A stretch of 64,000 nucleotides of DNA from Vicinamibacteria bacterium (GCA_963719755.1 CAVRDA010000014.1:200536-264535); one strand, 5' to 3'; shown: positions 30,940 to 40,982, numbered from the stretch's first letter. Program-made: numbers and translations. The notes: generated by a model from the letters alone, not told the origin.

Positions 30940-32079
30940 ATGGGCGAGTACCCAACCAAGCAACAATTTGCAGCCATCAAGAGCGGCTATCACTCGGACC
31001 CAAGTCAATCGCTTTCGCTCCGCGCCGACGCTTACACAGATTCGCAGTGGTACCAAGTCGACCTGCAGGAGATCATCTCCAAGACCTGGCAGTGGGTATG
31101 CCATGCCGAAAAGCTGCGCGAGCCGGGCTCCTTCATGACGATCGAGATCGCGGGTAAGCCGATCGTGGTCGTCAGGGATCGCGAAGGCACTCTGCGAGCT
31201 TTCTACAATGTCTGTAAACACCGCGCGCACAAGCTCCTGACTGGGGAGGGCAAGGCGGCGCGGATCATGTGTCCGTACCACGCGTGGACCTACAAGTTGG
31301 ACGGGCAACTGGCGGGCGCGCCCCACACGCAGCATCTCCAGAATTTTGATCCGAAGGCCATCTGGCTCGAGCCCGTGCAAGTCGAGGAATTCTGCGGCTT
31401 CATCTACGTCAACCTCGATGCCAAGTCGGAGACGCTCAGCAAGCTCTCGGGCAATCTCGAGAACGAGATTCGGCATTGGGCGCCTGATGTCGAGTCGCTA
31501 ACGTTCGGTCACCGGCTGACGTACGACATCAAGTCAAACTGGAAGAACATCGTCGACAATTTTCTTGAGTGCTACCACTGCCCGGTTTCGCACAAGGATT
31601 TCTGCACGCTCGTCGACATGAAGACATACAAGGTAACCACGTACGGCATCTATTCCAGTCATATGGCGGAAGCAGGACGGCAGCCGAATTCAGCCTATGA
31701 TACGTCGAAGGCAAAAATACGAACTCACGCGGTCTGGTGGCTCTGGCCTACCACGTGCCTGATGCGCTACCCGGGTCGCAGTTCGATGATTGTGTTGAAC
31801 ATCATCCCCATGGGGCCAGACCGGACCCTCGAGACCTACGACTTCTTTCTGGAGACGTCAGAGCCCGACGAAACCGAGAAGGCCGCCATTCACTATCTCG
31901 ATTCGGTGCTCCAGGTTGAGGACATTGCGCTTGTCGAGAGCGTCCAGCGGGGCATGAATACGCCGGCATTCCAGCAGGGGCGTATTGTGTACGATCCGAG
32001 CGGATCAGGGAAATCCGAGCACGCGCTGCATCATTTTCACGGTCTCGTTCTCGATGCCTATGCAAGAGCAGCCAACTAG
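30940..32079 (+). CDS. Rieske [2Fe-2S] non-heme-iron oxygenase, alpha subunit (GbcA/CntA/Stc2-like)
   Basis: RBS 'ggaggagg'. 'CKHRAHKL...(16)...CPYHAWTY' is the Rieske motif. 'NFLECYHCPVSH' is the mononuclear-iron region. Confidence 0.85.
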   Translation: MGEYPTKQQFAAIKSGYHSDPSQSLSLRADAYTDSQWYQVDLQEIISKTWQWVCHAEKLREPGSFMTIEIAGKPIVVVRDREGTLRAFYNVCKHRAHKLLTGEGKAARIMCPYHAWTYKLDGQLAGAPHTQHLQNFDPKAIWLEPVQVEEFCGFIYVNLDAKSETLSKLSGNLENEIRHWAPDVESLTFGHRLTYDIKSNWKNIVDNFLECYHCPVSHKDFCTLVDMKTYKVTTYGIYSSHMAEAGRQPNSAYDTSKAKIRTHAVWWLWPTTCLMRYPGRSSMIVLNIIPMGPDRTLETYDFFLETSEPDETEKAAIHYLDSVLQVEDIALVESVQRGMNTPAFQQGRIVYDPSGSGKSEHALHHFHGLVLDAYARAAN

Positions 32080-32109
32080 ACAGTCCAAGCCAGGGCGAGG
32101 GGCAAGGCT

Positions 32110-32877
32110 TTGAGCAACATGTTGTCCGGAAAGGTCGCGCTCGTAACCGGTGGGCGCGGCGGGATTGGTCAAGCGATCTGCGCGCGGTTCCTGCGTGAAG
32201 GCGCAATCGTCTTCGCGGCGGATCTGACGAAGGAGGGAACGCTGTCGGATGCCGCGGATGGCAGCTGTTTCGTCAGGTTTGATGTCACCTCGGAAGAGGA
32301 AGCGCGCGCGACAATGGCGCGCGTAGACCAAGAGTGCGGCAGGCTTGATGTTCTCGTCAATGCCGCCGGCATCGAGATCGAAAAGACGATCGAGCAAACA
32401 AGCCTTGCGGACTGGAACCGTATCTTCGCGGTCAATGTCACTGGAACCTTCCTCGCCTCGAAGTATGCCCTTCCTCTCCTGCGGAAATCAGGCAACGGTT
32501 CGATCATCAATTTTGGCTCGTACGACGGCTTCATCGCTGACCCTGGCCTGGCGGCCTATTGCGCTACCAAGGGCGCCGTCCATGCGCTGACCCGCGCGAT
32601 GGCGTGCGACCACGGGCCAGAGGGCATCCGGGTAAACGCCATATGCCCGGGTTACGTCGACACGCCGATGCTGAAGAACTTCTTCCGCGATGCCGGGGAC
32701 ATCGGAACCCTGGAAGCCGCCGTGCGCGGCGTGCATCCAATGCGCCGCTACGGCACGCCGGACGATGTCGCGAACCTGGTCAACTGGCTTGCGTCGGATG
32801 AGGCGCGGTATGCCAGCGGGCAGCTATGGGTGCTCGATGGCGCTTTGACTGCCCAAGTCCAGCAGATGAGGCTCTAG
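32110..32877 (+). CDS. SDR-family oxidoreductase
   Basis: 'VALVTGGRGGIGQAI', 'NAAG', 'YCATKGAV'. Confidence 0.85.
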   Translation: MSNMLSGKVALVTGGRGGIGQAICARFLREGAIVFAADLTKEGTLSDAADGSCFVRFDVTSEEEARATMARVDQECGRLDVLVNAAGIEIEKTIEQTSLADWNRIFAVNVTGTFLASKYALPLLRKSGNGSIINFGSYDGFIADPGLAAYCATKGAVHALTRAMACDHGPEGIRVNAICPGYVDTPMLKNFFRDAGDIGTLEAAVRGVHPMRRYGTPDDVANLVNWLASDEARYASGQLWVLDGALTAQVQQMRL

Positions 32878-32880
32878 CCC

Positions 32881-33810
32881 ATGGCGAAGCCGATCATCAT
32901 CACCTGCGCCCCCACGGGCGGCATCCACACGCCGACGATGTCGGAGCATCTACCGATTACACCGGTTCAAATTGCACAAGCTTCCATTGACGCAGCGGAG
33001 GCGGGGGCGTCCATCATCCATCTGCATGCCCGCAATCCGAGCGACGGCAGGCCCGATCCTCGGCCGGAACTGTTCATGGAGTTCCTTCCGGTGATCAAGC
33101 AATCAACCGATGCCGTGGTGAACGTATCTACGGGCGGCGGACTTGGCATGACTCGCGAGGAGAGGCTGCGAGCAGCCGTTCGGGCAAGCCCGGAGATGGC
33201 GTCCCTCAATGTCGGGTCGATGAATTTCGGCATCTTTCCGATGGCGGCGAAGTACACGAACTGGAAGCACGCCTGGGAGCCAGAGTTCCTGGAGATGACA
33301 CGCGACTTTATCTTCAGGAACACCTTCGCTGACATCGAATACGTCATGAAGGAGCTTGGGCAGGGTCACGGCACAAAGTTCGAGTTCGAGTGCTACGACC
33401 TTGGGCATCTCTATAATTTGGCCTGGATCATCGACCAGGGCTGGGTCAGGCCGCCATTCTTCGTGCAGATGGTCTTCGGTATTCTCGGCGGCGTTGGAGC
33501 CGACCTGGACAACCTGATGCACATGCACACGATCGCGCAGAAGCTCTTCGGGTCGGACTACGAGTGGTCGGTATTGGCTGCCGGTCGGCACCAACTGCCC
33601 TTTACAACTCAGGCCGCGATGCTCGGCGGCAATGTTCGTGTCGGACTGGAAGATAGCCTCTATATCGGGCCGGGCCAGAAGGCAAAGTCGAACGCGGAAC
33701 AGGTGCGAAAGATCCGGACGATCATCGAAAATCTCGGGATGTCTGTGGCGACACCCAGTGAAGCGAGAGAACGGCTGGGTCTGAAGGGCGGCGACAAGGT
33801 CGCGTTTTGA
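32881..33810 (+). CDS. BKACE-family (DUF849) beta-keto-acid cleavage enzyme, dehydrocarnitine-cleavage-like
   Basis: 'IIITCAPTGGIHTP...ITPVQIAQASIDAAEAGASIIHLHARNP...' is the characteristic BKACE N-terminus. Confidence 0.8.
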   Translation: MAKPIIITCAPTGGIHTPTMSEHLPITPVQIAQASIDAAEAGASIIHLHARNPSDGRPDPRPELFMEFLPVIKQSTDAVVNVSTGGGLGMTREERLRAAVRASPEMASLNVGSMNFGIFPMAAKYTNWKHAWEPEFLEMTRDFIFRNTFADIEYVMKELGQGHGTKFEFECYDLGHLYNLAWIIDQGWVRPPFFVQMVFGILGGVGADLDNLMHMHTIAQKLFGSDYEWSVLAAGRHQLPFTTQAAMLGGNVRVGLEDSLYIGPGQKAKSNAEQVRKIRTIIENLGMSVATPSEARERLGLKGGDKVAF

Positions 33811-33836
33811 CCTCAGGCGAGCGTGAGGATCCACCC

Positions 33837-34586
33837 ATGGCAGAGAGAGCAGCGATCGTTACAGGTGGGAGCCGCGGAATCGGGCGCGCGATCGTCGATC
33901 GCTTTCTGACCGATGACATCGAGGTGCTCACATGCGGCCGCGGGAGTCGACCGACTGACTTGGATTCCCGAGCAATCTGGATTCAAGCGGACGTGTCCAA
34001 ACCGGCCGATGCGGAGCGCATCGTCGCCGAAGCCCGAACACGGCTCCGCAGGGTGACGATCCTCGTAAACAATGCGGGTGTCCAAGTTGAAAAGACCGTG
34101 AGCAAGACGACAGACGAAGATTGGGACCTCGTCATGGGTGTCAACGCCCGCGGCACGTTCAACATGTGTCGGGCCGTCCTGCCTGAGATGGAGAAATCGG
34201 GCGGCGTCATCGTGAACATCGGCTCCATATCGGGTGTCGTATCCGATCCGTCGCTGGCGGTCTACAACGCGTCAAAGGCCTTTGTTCATTCGCTCACGCG
34301 CTCCATTGCGATTGATCATGGCCCCAACGTCCGCTGCAACGCCGTCAGCCCCGGTTGGATCGCAACCGGCATGGCTGACGACGCCTTCGCGTTGGCAAGG
34401 AATCCGTCCGCGGCAAAGGCAGATGCCTTGGCGCGTCATGCCTGTCGCCGTCTGGGCCGACCGGAAGATATCGCCAACATGGTTGCTTGGTTGGCGTCGG
34501 ACCAGGCCGAGTTCGTGACCGGACAGTGTTTTACTTGCGATGGCGGTCTAACCGCCGCCTCTCCACTTCAACCAGGATTATTTTAG
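33837..34586 (+). CDS. SDR-family oxidoreductase
   Basis: 'AAIVTGGSRGIGRAI', 'NNAG', 'YNASKAFV'. Confidence 0.85.
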   Translation: MAERAAIVTGGSRGIGRAIVDRFLTDDIEVLTCGRGSRPTDLDSRAIWIQADVSKPADAERIVAEARTRLRRVTILVNNAGVQVEKTVSKTTDEDWDLVMGVNARGTFNMCRAVLPEMEKSGGVIVNIGSISGVVSDPSLAVYNASKAFVHSLTRSIAIDHGPNVRCNAVSPGWIATGMADDAFALARNPSAAKADALARHACRRLGRPEDIANMVAWLASDQAEFVTGQCFTCDGGLTAASPLQPGLF

Positions 34587-35528
34587 ATGTCGGAGTTCCA
34601 GAATACGGCTGTCTTAGGCGCCGGCGTCATTGGCATGAGCTGGGCGGCGCTGTTCCTGGCGTCGGGCCGCAATGTAGCCGTCTTCGACACGGTGGCGAGT
34701 GCCGAGAAATCCACCCGCGACTACATTGAGATGGCGTGGCCGGCACTGCGCGACTTGAGCCTGATCAAGAGCGGCGCGCCGGGCCGGCTCAGCTTCCACA
34801 ACTCTGCCGCCGGAGCGGTCCAGGACGCAGACTTCGTCCAGGAAAGTGTGCCGGAGCGTATTGAAATCAAGAAGGCACTGTTCGCCGAGATAGAGCCGGC
34901 CTTGAAATCGAGCGCCATTGTCGCTTCGTCCGCTTCTGGCTTGACCCTTAGCGAGATGCAGGCGGGATGGAAGACGCCGTCGCGTTTTGTCCTAGGACAT
35001 CCGTTCAATCCTCCCCATTTGATTCCCCTTGTTGAGATTCTGGCCAACGGGCGGACAGAAGCCGAGGTCATCGAGAAGGCGGAGCAGTTCTATCGGGATG
35101 TGGGCAAGATCACCATTCGAGTCCGGCGGGAAGTGCCCGGTCACGTTGCGAACCGCCTGCAGGCAGCGCTGTGGAGAGAGGCCCTGCACTTGGTGAAATC
35201 CGGTGTGGCGACCGTCAGGGATGTGGATACGGCGGTGTGGGCGGGGCCCGGACTGCGGTGGGCGGCGATGGGGCCAACTATGTTGTTCCACCTCGGCGCT
35301 GGGCCTGGTGGGATTGCCTCATTCTGCGAACGCTATACCGCCAGCTTCAACCGCTGGTGGGACGACCTTGGCGCCCTCCATTTGGACGAGGTTCTGGCTA
35401 AGCAACTTTCGGACAGCCTCGCCAAGGATCTCGGCAATGAAACGCCTGCCGATCTGTCGGCCAAGAGAGACGCGCTCATCATCGCCATGCAAAAAGCCGT
35501 GGCGCACTTGCAGCGATCAGAGTCTTGA
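34587..35528 (+). CDS. 3-hydroxyacyl-CoA-dehydrogenase-family NAD enzyme, L-carnitine-dehydrogenase-like
   Basis: 'VLGAGVIGMSWAALF' (Rossmann fold), 'GHPFNPPHLIPLVEI'. Placed next to the BKACE gene, as in cdh clusters. Confidence 0.7.
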   Translation: MSEFQNTAVLGAGVIGMSWAALFLASGRNVAVFDTVASAEKSTRDYIEMAWPALRDLSLIKSGAPGRLSFHNSAAGAVQDADFVQESVPERIEIKKALFAEIEPALKSSAIVASSASGLTLSEMQAGWKTPSRFVLGHPFNPPHLIPLVEILANGRTEAEVIEKAEQFYRDVGKITIRVRREVPGHVANRLQAALWREALHLVKSGVATVRDVDTAVWAGPGLRWAAMGPTMLFHLGAGPGGIASFCERYTASFNRWWDDLGALHLDEVLAKQLSDSLAKDLGNETPADLSAKRDALIIAMQKAVAHLQRSES

Positions 35529-35582
35529 GAGCGGATCAACGGACAGATCGCATCGGCGCGACGTTTGGACGCCATACAATCG

Positions 35583-35660
35583 CTACATCGCGCACCAGCC
35601 GCCGTCGACCGGCAGCGCGGTCCGCGGCCTTGCCGGCCAGGCTGAAGGACGAAAGGGACA
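35583..35660 (-). pseudogene. SDR gene remnant (N-terminal 13 codons fused out of frame to the last ~12 codons)
   Basis: 'MSLSSFSLAGKAA' runs directly into sequence that reads '...LPVDGGWCAM*' in another frame. Compare the intact paralogue at 28910..29713 ('FSLDGKVALVTG...PVDGGWCAL*'). Confidence 0.55.
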
Positions 35661-35665
35661 TGGGC

Positions 35666-36436
35666 TCACTCTCGATAATTGGGGGCCTCGTGGTCCAGGA
35701 TCGCTTTCACTTCGGCCAGATGGTCCTCCGCCAGGTGCGGATAGTCGAGCCATTGCCGGGCGGTGGTCTGCGCGACGTCGTCCGGCGCGATGCGCAGCGG
35801 GCGATTGCTGGCATAGCAGGTCATCAAGGTCTCGGCGGCGCGCTCGAAATAGTACATCTCGTCGAACGCCTGCGCGACCGATGCGCCTGTGACCACCACA
35901 CCGTGGTTGCCCATCATCAACACATTCTTTTTGCCGAGCAGCCGCGCCAGCCGGTCGCCTTCCTCGTTCGCCAGCGCCATGCCGGTATAGGCCTCGTCCA
36001 TCGCCACGCGCCCATGGAAGCGCATCGTGTTCTGGTCGATCGGATACATCGTGCTGTCCGCGAGGCCGGCGAGCGCGGTCGCAAATTTCGGGTGCAGATG
36101 CATGATGCAGCGCGCCTGGGGCAGCAGCGCGTGCAGCCTGCCGTGGATGTACCACGCCGTCGGATCGGGCGCATCGGGGCGCGTGAGGGTTGCCTGGTCC
36201 CTGGCGTCAAGCAGCTGCAGGTCGCTGGCGCGGATGCGCGAAAAATGCCGGCCACGGGGATTCATCAGGAACCGCGAGCCATCGGCCGAAACCGCGACGC
36301 TCAGATGGTTGGCGACCGCTTCATGCATGCCGAGACGGGCGAACCATCGAAACGCGGCGGCCAGGTCGAAGCGCGCATCGCGGATCTCGGAGTCCGAGGC
36401 GAGCCCATCCGCCTGCAGCTTTTTCACGGCGCTCAT
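35666..36436 (-). CDS. class II aldolase/adducin-family protein
   Basis: 'GMHEAVANHLSV...', 'CIMHLHP', 'LMMGNHGVVVTG'. Confidence 0.8.
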   Translation of the reverse strand: MSAVKKLQADGLASDSEIRDARFDLAAAFRWFARLGMHEAVANHLSVAVSADGSRFLMNPRGRHFSRIRASDLQLLDARDQATLTRPDAPDPTAWYIHGRLHALLPQARCIMHLHPKFATALAGLADSTMYPIDQNTMRFHGRVAMDEAYTGMALANEEGDRLARLLGKKNVLMMGNHGVVVTGASVAQAFDEMYYFERAAETLMTCYASNRPLRIAPDDVAQTTARQWLDYPHLAEDHLAEVKAILDHEAPNYRE

Positions 36437-36455
36437 ACCCCATCTCCGTTCGCTG

Positions 36456-38114
36456 TCATCGTTGCGCGCTCTCCCATTTCGGATGGATCCATACAGGTGC
36501 CTCGAGCGGCGCCAGCGGTTTCTGCCCCCTGATCAGATCGGCGGCGCGCTCCGCGATCATGATGGTGGGCGCGTTGGTGTTGCCGCTGACGATCGAGGGC
36601 ATGATGGAGGCATCGACCACCCGCAATCCACTGACACCGTGAACGCGCAGTTCGTCATCCACCACGGCGGATTGATCGCTCTCCATTCCCATCTTGCAAG
36701 TGCCGATCGGGTGGTAGCAGGTCTCCACGGCCTGGCGGACCCAGGCATCGATCTCATCCTTGCTGCGCACGTCGGGACCGGGGAACAACTCCTCGCCGCG
36801 ATAGGGATCGAGCGCTTTCTGCGCCAGGATCTCGCGCAGCAGGTCGACGCTGACGCGGAAATCCTCGCGGTCGCGCGGGCTCTGCAGGTAGTTGAACCGG
36901 ATCGCGGGCGGCTGGCGCGGATCGGCGCTGCGTGCTTCAACCTTGCCCAGGCTTTCCGGCCGCAGCAAGTCGATATGGACCTGGAACGAATGCCCGGGCC
37001 TCGTCTCCACTGTCCCCGGGATCACGGCCAGAGGCATGAAGGTGAATTGCAGATCGGGATGCTCGATCCCGGCGCGGCTGCGGATGAAGCCGCCGGCCTC
37101 GAAGTGGTTGCTTGCCGCCGGGCCGGACTTCGAGAGGAACCACTGCAACCCGGTCAGATACTTGCTGGGCGCACGGGCTTTGGCGGCGAGGGTAACCGGC
37201 TGCTTGCTCGCGTGCTGGATGACGATGTCGGGATGATCGTTGAGATTGGCGCCGACGCCCGGCAGGTCGCGCTTCACCGCGATGCCCAGCCGGCGCAGCA
37301 GGTCCGCCGGGCCGATGCCGGAGAGCTGCAGCAGTTGGGGACTGTTGATCGCGCCGCCGGAGAGGATGATCTCGCGATGCGCCGTTGTCGTCCGCCGGTC
37401 GTTGCCAACCGCGTAGGCGATGCCGGTGGCGCGATCGCCGTCGAACAGGATCTCGAGCGCCAAGGCGCGGGTGACGATCGTGAGGTTGGGCCGGTCACGG
37501 ATGGGATCGAGATAGCCGCGCGCTGTGCTCCAGCGCCGCCCTTCGTGCGTGGTGCGGTCATAGGGTCCGAACCCTTCCTGCTGCGCGCCATTGCAGTCGG
37601 GCGTATAGGGATAGCCTGCCTGCTGCCCGGCTTCGATGAAGGCTTCGCCCAGGATGCCGGCGCTGCCGTTCAGCGTCGTCACGCGCAGCGGCCCGCCCTT
37701 GCCGTGATAGGCATCGGCCTTGCGCGGGTTGCTCTCGGCGCGCCGGAAATAGGGCAGCACGTCCGCATAGCTCCAGCCGCGGCAGCCCGACTGCGCCCAG
37801 CGATCATAGTCGCGCGCATGGCCGCGTACATACATCATGCCATTGATGGACGAGGACCCGCCCAGCACACGGCCGCGCGGATGGCTGAGGCGCCGGTTGT
37901 CGAGATAGGGCTCCGACTCGGAGGTATAGGCCCAGTTGAACCGATCGTCGGCCAGCAGGCGCCCGAGCCCAGAGGGCATGTCGATCGCCCAGTTGCGGTC
38001 CGCCGGCCCTGCCTCGAGCAGCAGGACGCGAATGTCAGCATCCTCGGTCAGGCGGGCCGCCAGCACGCATCCGGCCGACCCTGCACCGACGATGATGTAA
38101 TCGAACGTTTTCAT
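36456..38114 (-). CDS. GMC-family FAD oxidoreductase (choline-dehydrogenase-like)
   Basis: 'FDYIIVGAGSAGCVLAARLTED', 'GGSSSINGMMY', C-terminal 'HPIGTCKMG'. Confidence 0.85.
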   Translation of the reverse strand: MKTFDYIIVGAGSAGCVLAARLTEDADIRVLLLEAGPADRNWAIDMPSGLGRLLADDRFNWAYTSESEPYLDNRRLSHPRGRVLGGSSSINGMMYVRGHARDYDRWAQSGCRGWSYADVLPYFRRAESNPRKADAYHGKGGPLRVTTLNGSAGILGEAFIEAGQQAGYPYTPDCNGAQQEGFGPYDRTTHEGRRWSTARGYLDPIRDRPNLTIVTRALALEILFDGDRATGIAYAVGNDRRTTTAHREIILSGGAINSPQLLQLSGIGPADLLRRLGIAVKRDLPGVGANLNDHPDIVIQHASKQPVTLAAKARAPSKYLTGLQWFLSKSGPAASNHFEAGGFIRSRAGIEHPDLQFTFMPLAVIPGTVETRPGHSFQVHIDLLRPESLGKVEARSADPRQPPAIRFNYLQSPRDREDFRVSVDLLREILAQKALDPYRGEELFPGPDVRSKDEIDAWVRQAVETCYHPIGTCKMGMESDQSAVVDDELRVHGVSGLRVVDASIMPSIVSGNTNAPTIMIAERAADLIRGQKPLAPLEAPVWIHPKWESAQR

Positions 38115-39254
38115 CGGCCGGTCTGCACGGCCTGATGGACCAGCCTGTGGAAGTGGTGCACCAGATGCTCACTCTCGTTGCCGCGCTCCGGATCGATCAG
38201 GTAGCGACCCTGGTTGTAACCGAATGAGCGCAGGCCGCGCTGCTGCGTGACATTGAGCTGGATGTCCTCAGGGCCGAGCTGCTCGTTCATCCACTTTATG
38301 CAGGCCTTGGTCACCTCGGGCATCGGCCGGCCCGGGCCATAATAGCCGAAGCGCAGCAGCGATTTTTCCGGCCCGAGCGGGATCATGATGAAGGTCCCGC
38401 AGATATCCGCGTAGGGGAAGCAATAGAACGTCGTGTTGGGCCAGATCCCGATATTGAAGAACCAGTCCGTCTGCCAGGTCGCGCCGGCGAGCGGCGCGCC
38501 ATAGGCGGTCTCGACACCCGGCTTCGGCGGGCCGATGTAGGTCCACCACCTATCATGCGCCTCGAGACTGTATTGCTTGAACTCGATGAGCGCCGCCAGC
38601 TCCTTGTGCACCGGCCCGGACAGGCCGAAATGGTAGCCCTCGATCGAATTGTCCATGATGACCTTCCAGTTGGCTGGAACCACCACGTCGACTTCGTCGA
38701 TCAGCTTCATGTTGGCGAGTTCGGGCAGATACCGGCTCATGGTCGCGTCCGCGCCGGCGCCGATCTCGGCCAGCGGCGCCGCGTCCGGATCGAAATTGAC
38801 GAACACGAAGCTGCCGAGGATTTCGGCGCGCACACCCTTGAGGCCGTAGTCCTTGCGGTCGAAATCCGGCAGCCGCTCGGAGCGCGGCGCGCTCCTCAGG
38901 CTGCCGTCGCGGCTGTAGCACCAGGAGTGATAGCCGCAGCGCAGCACGCTGCCCAGCTTGCCGCGCCGCGCCTCCAGCAACCGATTGCCGCGATGCTGGC
39001 AGACATTGTGGAAGCCGCGGATGGCGCCGTCATCGCCGCGCAGCACAACGATGGTCTGATCGAGGATGTCGAAGGTCGAGAAACCGGCCCGGCTCGGCCA
39101 GCTCGCTGACATGCCCGACGCAATGCCAGGCCGGATAGAAGATGCGCTCGCGCTCCGCCTTGAAGATTTCCTCGTCGTAGAAATAGCGCGCCGGCAGCGT
39201 CAAAGCGCGCTCGGGAGCGGTCTCGTGCCAGTCGAGGGATTTGACGGGAATCAT
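38111..39254 (-). pseudogene. Rieske non-heme-iron oxygenase alpha subunit (frameshift ~39080)
   Basis: The N-terminus 'MIPVKSLDWHE...YPAWHCVGHVSELAEPGRF' (ORF 39030..39311) continues in another frame as 'STFDILDQTIVVLRG...CQHRGNRL...CGYHSWCY'. Confidence 0.8.
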
Positions 39255-39361
39255 GAGCCGGCGCTGTCCTTTCGGGTGTGGCTTGACTGGAAGGCTAGGT
39301 GGGTGCGACAAGACAGCTTGATCTAAAGCGTCAGATTGCGTCGTAATGGATCAGGAGCACA

Positions 39362-40348
39362 ATGGCCAACGAATCGCGACTGGTGGGACTGCTTCTGCTG
39401 CCGGATTTCTCTCAGCTCGGCCTCGCTGCGGTGACCGAGCCGCTGTTCGTCGCCAACTGGCTGAGCGGGCGGGCGCGCTACCGATGGCAGACCTTGTCGC
39501 TGGACGGCAGGCCGGTGCGCTCCAGTTCCGGCCAGAAGTTGCCGGTCGATGCCGGAATCGCGGCGGCGAGCCAGTTCGACATGCTCCTGGTGCTGGCCAG
39601 CTTCGATGTCAAGCGCCTCACGCGCGACCACGCGCTCAAGGCCTGGCTGCGCCGGGTAGCGCGTCACGGCGCCACCATCGGCAGCATCGAGACGGCGAGC
39701 GAAGTGGTCGCCGCCGCCGGGTTGCTGGACGATCTGCCCGTCGCGGTACATTGGGACAACCTGCAGGGATTTGCCGAATCCCACCCGCGCTGCCATGCGG
39801 TTTCGCAGCTCTATACCAGCACGGGTGACCGCCTCACCTGCGCGGGCCAGAGCGCCTCCCTGGACATGATGTTGGCGTGGATCGCGCAGGATGCGGACAG
39901 GGCGCTCGCTTCCGAGACCGCCGCGCACCTCATGCTGCCGTCCTGGCGGCGCGGCGACGAACCGCAACCGGCGCCGGGCGCGAAGTCTGCCAAGCTCGCC
40001 GATCCGACTCTCGGGCGCGTGGTGTCCATCATGGAGCAGACCCTCGAGGAGCCCTTGCCCTGCACCCAGATTGCACGCCGGGCCGGCATATCGATGCGGC
40101 GCATGCAACGCCTGTTCGCGAAGACGGTCGGCGCCAGCCCGGTCCGCCACTATCAGTTCATCCGGCTGACCAAGGCCCATGCACTGCTGCAACAGACGGA
40201 CCTGTCCGTGACCGAGATCGCGGTCAGCGCCGGATTCGGCTCCCTTGAGCATTTCTGCCGGGTCTATCGACGGCAGTTTGGTTGCCGCCCGCGCGACGAT
40301 CGGCGGCAAAGCATATCGGCGCCGGTGCTCCGGCGATCGTCGCAGTGA
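39362..40348 (+). CDS. GlxA-family (DJ-1/PfpI + AraC HTH) transcriptional regulator
   Basis: 'VGLLLLPDFSQLGLAAVTEPL...', 'TEIAVSAGFGSLEHFCRVYRRQFGCRP'. Divergent from the second Rieske gene. Confidence 0.8.
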   Translation: MANESRLVGLLLLPDFSQLGLAAVTEPLFVANWLSGRARYRWQTLSLDGRPVRSSSGQKLPVDAGIAAASQFDMLLVLASFDVKRLTRDHALKAWLRRVARHGATIGSIETASEVVAAAGLLDDLPVAVHWDNLQGFAESHPRCHAVSQLYTSTGDRLTCAGQSASLDMMLAWIAQDADRALASETAAHLMLPSWRRGDEPQPAPGAKSAKLADPTLGRVVSIMEQTLEEPLPCTQIARRAGISMRRMQRLFAKTVGASPVRHYQFIRLTKAHALLQQTDLSVTEIAVSAGFGSLEHFCRVYRRQFGCRPRDDRRQSISAPVLRRSSQ

Positions 40349-40356
40349 CGCGGCGA

Positions 40357-40625
40357 CTATCGCTCGTTGGCGGAGCTTAATCGGTGCAGGGCCTGGATCG
40401 TCATCGCGGCGGCGGAGGCCCGGTTCTCGACGCCGAGCTTCTGGAAGACCTGCTCGAGGTGCTTGTCGACCGTGCGCGGCCTGATGTTCAGCACGCCGCT
40501 GATATCCTTGTTCGACCTGCCTCGCGCCACCCACAGCAGCACCTCGGCCTCGCGGCTGGTGAGCGCGAAATGCCGCCGCACCAACTCGCCTTCATTCCTG
40601 TTCGCCGTTTTCGCCAGGCGCAGGC
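40357..40625 (-). pseudogene. LuxR-family HTH fragment (N-terminal domain missing)
   Basis: 'LTSREAEVLLWVARGRSNKDISGVLNIRPRTVDKHLEQVFQKLGV'. Upstream of ~40625 the frame only runs antisense to another fragment. Confidence 0.6.
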
Positions 40626-40832
40626 GTGAGCTTTGCCACGCACATCTGCGACGCGGAAGTGGACCCGGAGACCGGCGCCACCAAGATCGTGCGCTATACG
40701 TGCTGCAGGATGCCGGCAAGGCGGTGCATCCGAGCTATGTCGAGGGCCAGTTCCAAGGCGGCGCCGTGCAAGGTATCGGCTGGGCGCTGAACGAGGAATA
40801 CATCTACGGCAAGGATGGCAGGCTGCTGAACC
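40625..40832 (+). pseudogene. fragment of a xanthine-dehydrogenase/CoxL-family molybdopterin subunit
   Basis: 'SFATHICDAEVDPETGATKIVRYT', then (after a frameshift) 'VLQDAGKAVHPSYVEGQFQGGAVQGIGWALNEEYIYGKDGRL'. Confidence 0.6.
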
Positions 40833-40982
40833 GGCTGGGTGAAACTTATCCCGGCCTCAAGCCGCAGCTGGCGCGCGGCGTCTCAGTCGCGATCGATGGC
40901 GTGATTTTTCCGCGATGGCTGGCACGAACCGCTGCGCAAGGACAGCGAGGTCTTCTTGCTGCCGCGTATGGCGGGCGGGTAA
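40833..40982 (+). pseudogene. MoaD/ThiS-like C-terminal fragment
   Basis: 'GVSVAIDGVIF' then 'RDGWHEPLRKDSEVFLLPRMAGG*'. It is only readable if the T5 run at 40905-40909 is shortened by one T. Confidence 0.5.

Noticed and set aside
36027-38135. 702-aa plus-strand ORF
   Set aside because: It is antisense to the GMC oxidoreductase, which has clear FAD-binding and signature motifs. This ORF has no motifs and is rich in Arg/Ala/Gly.
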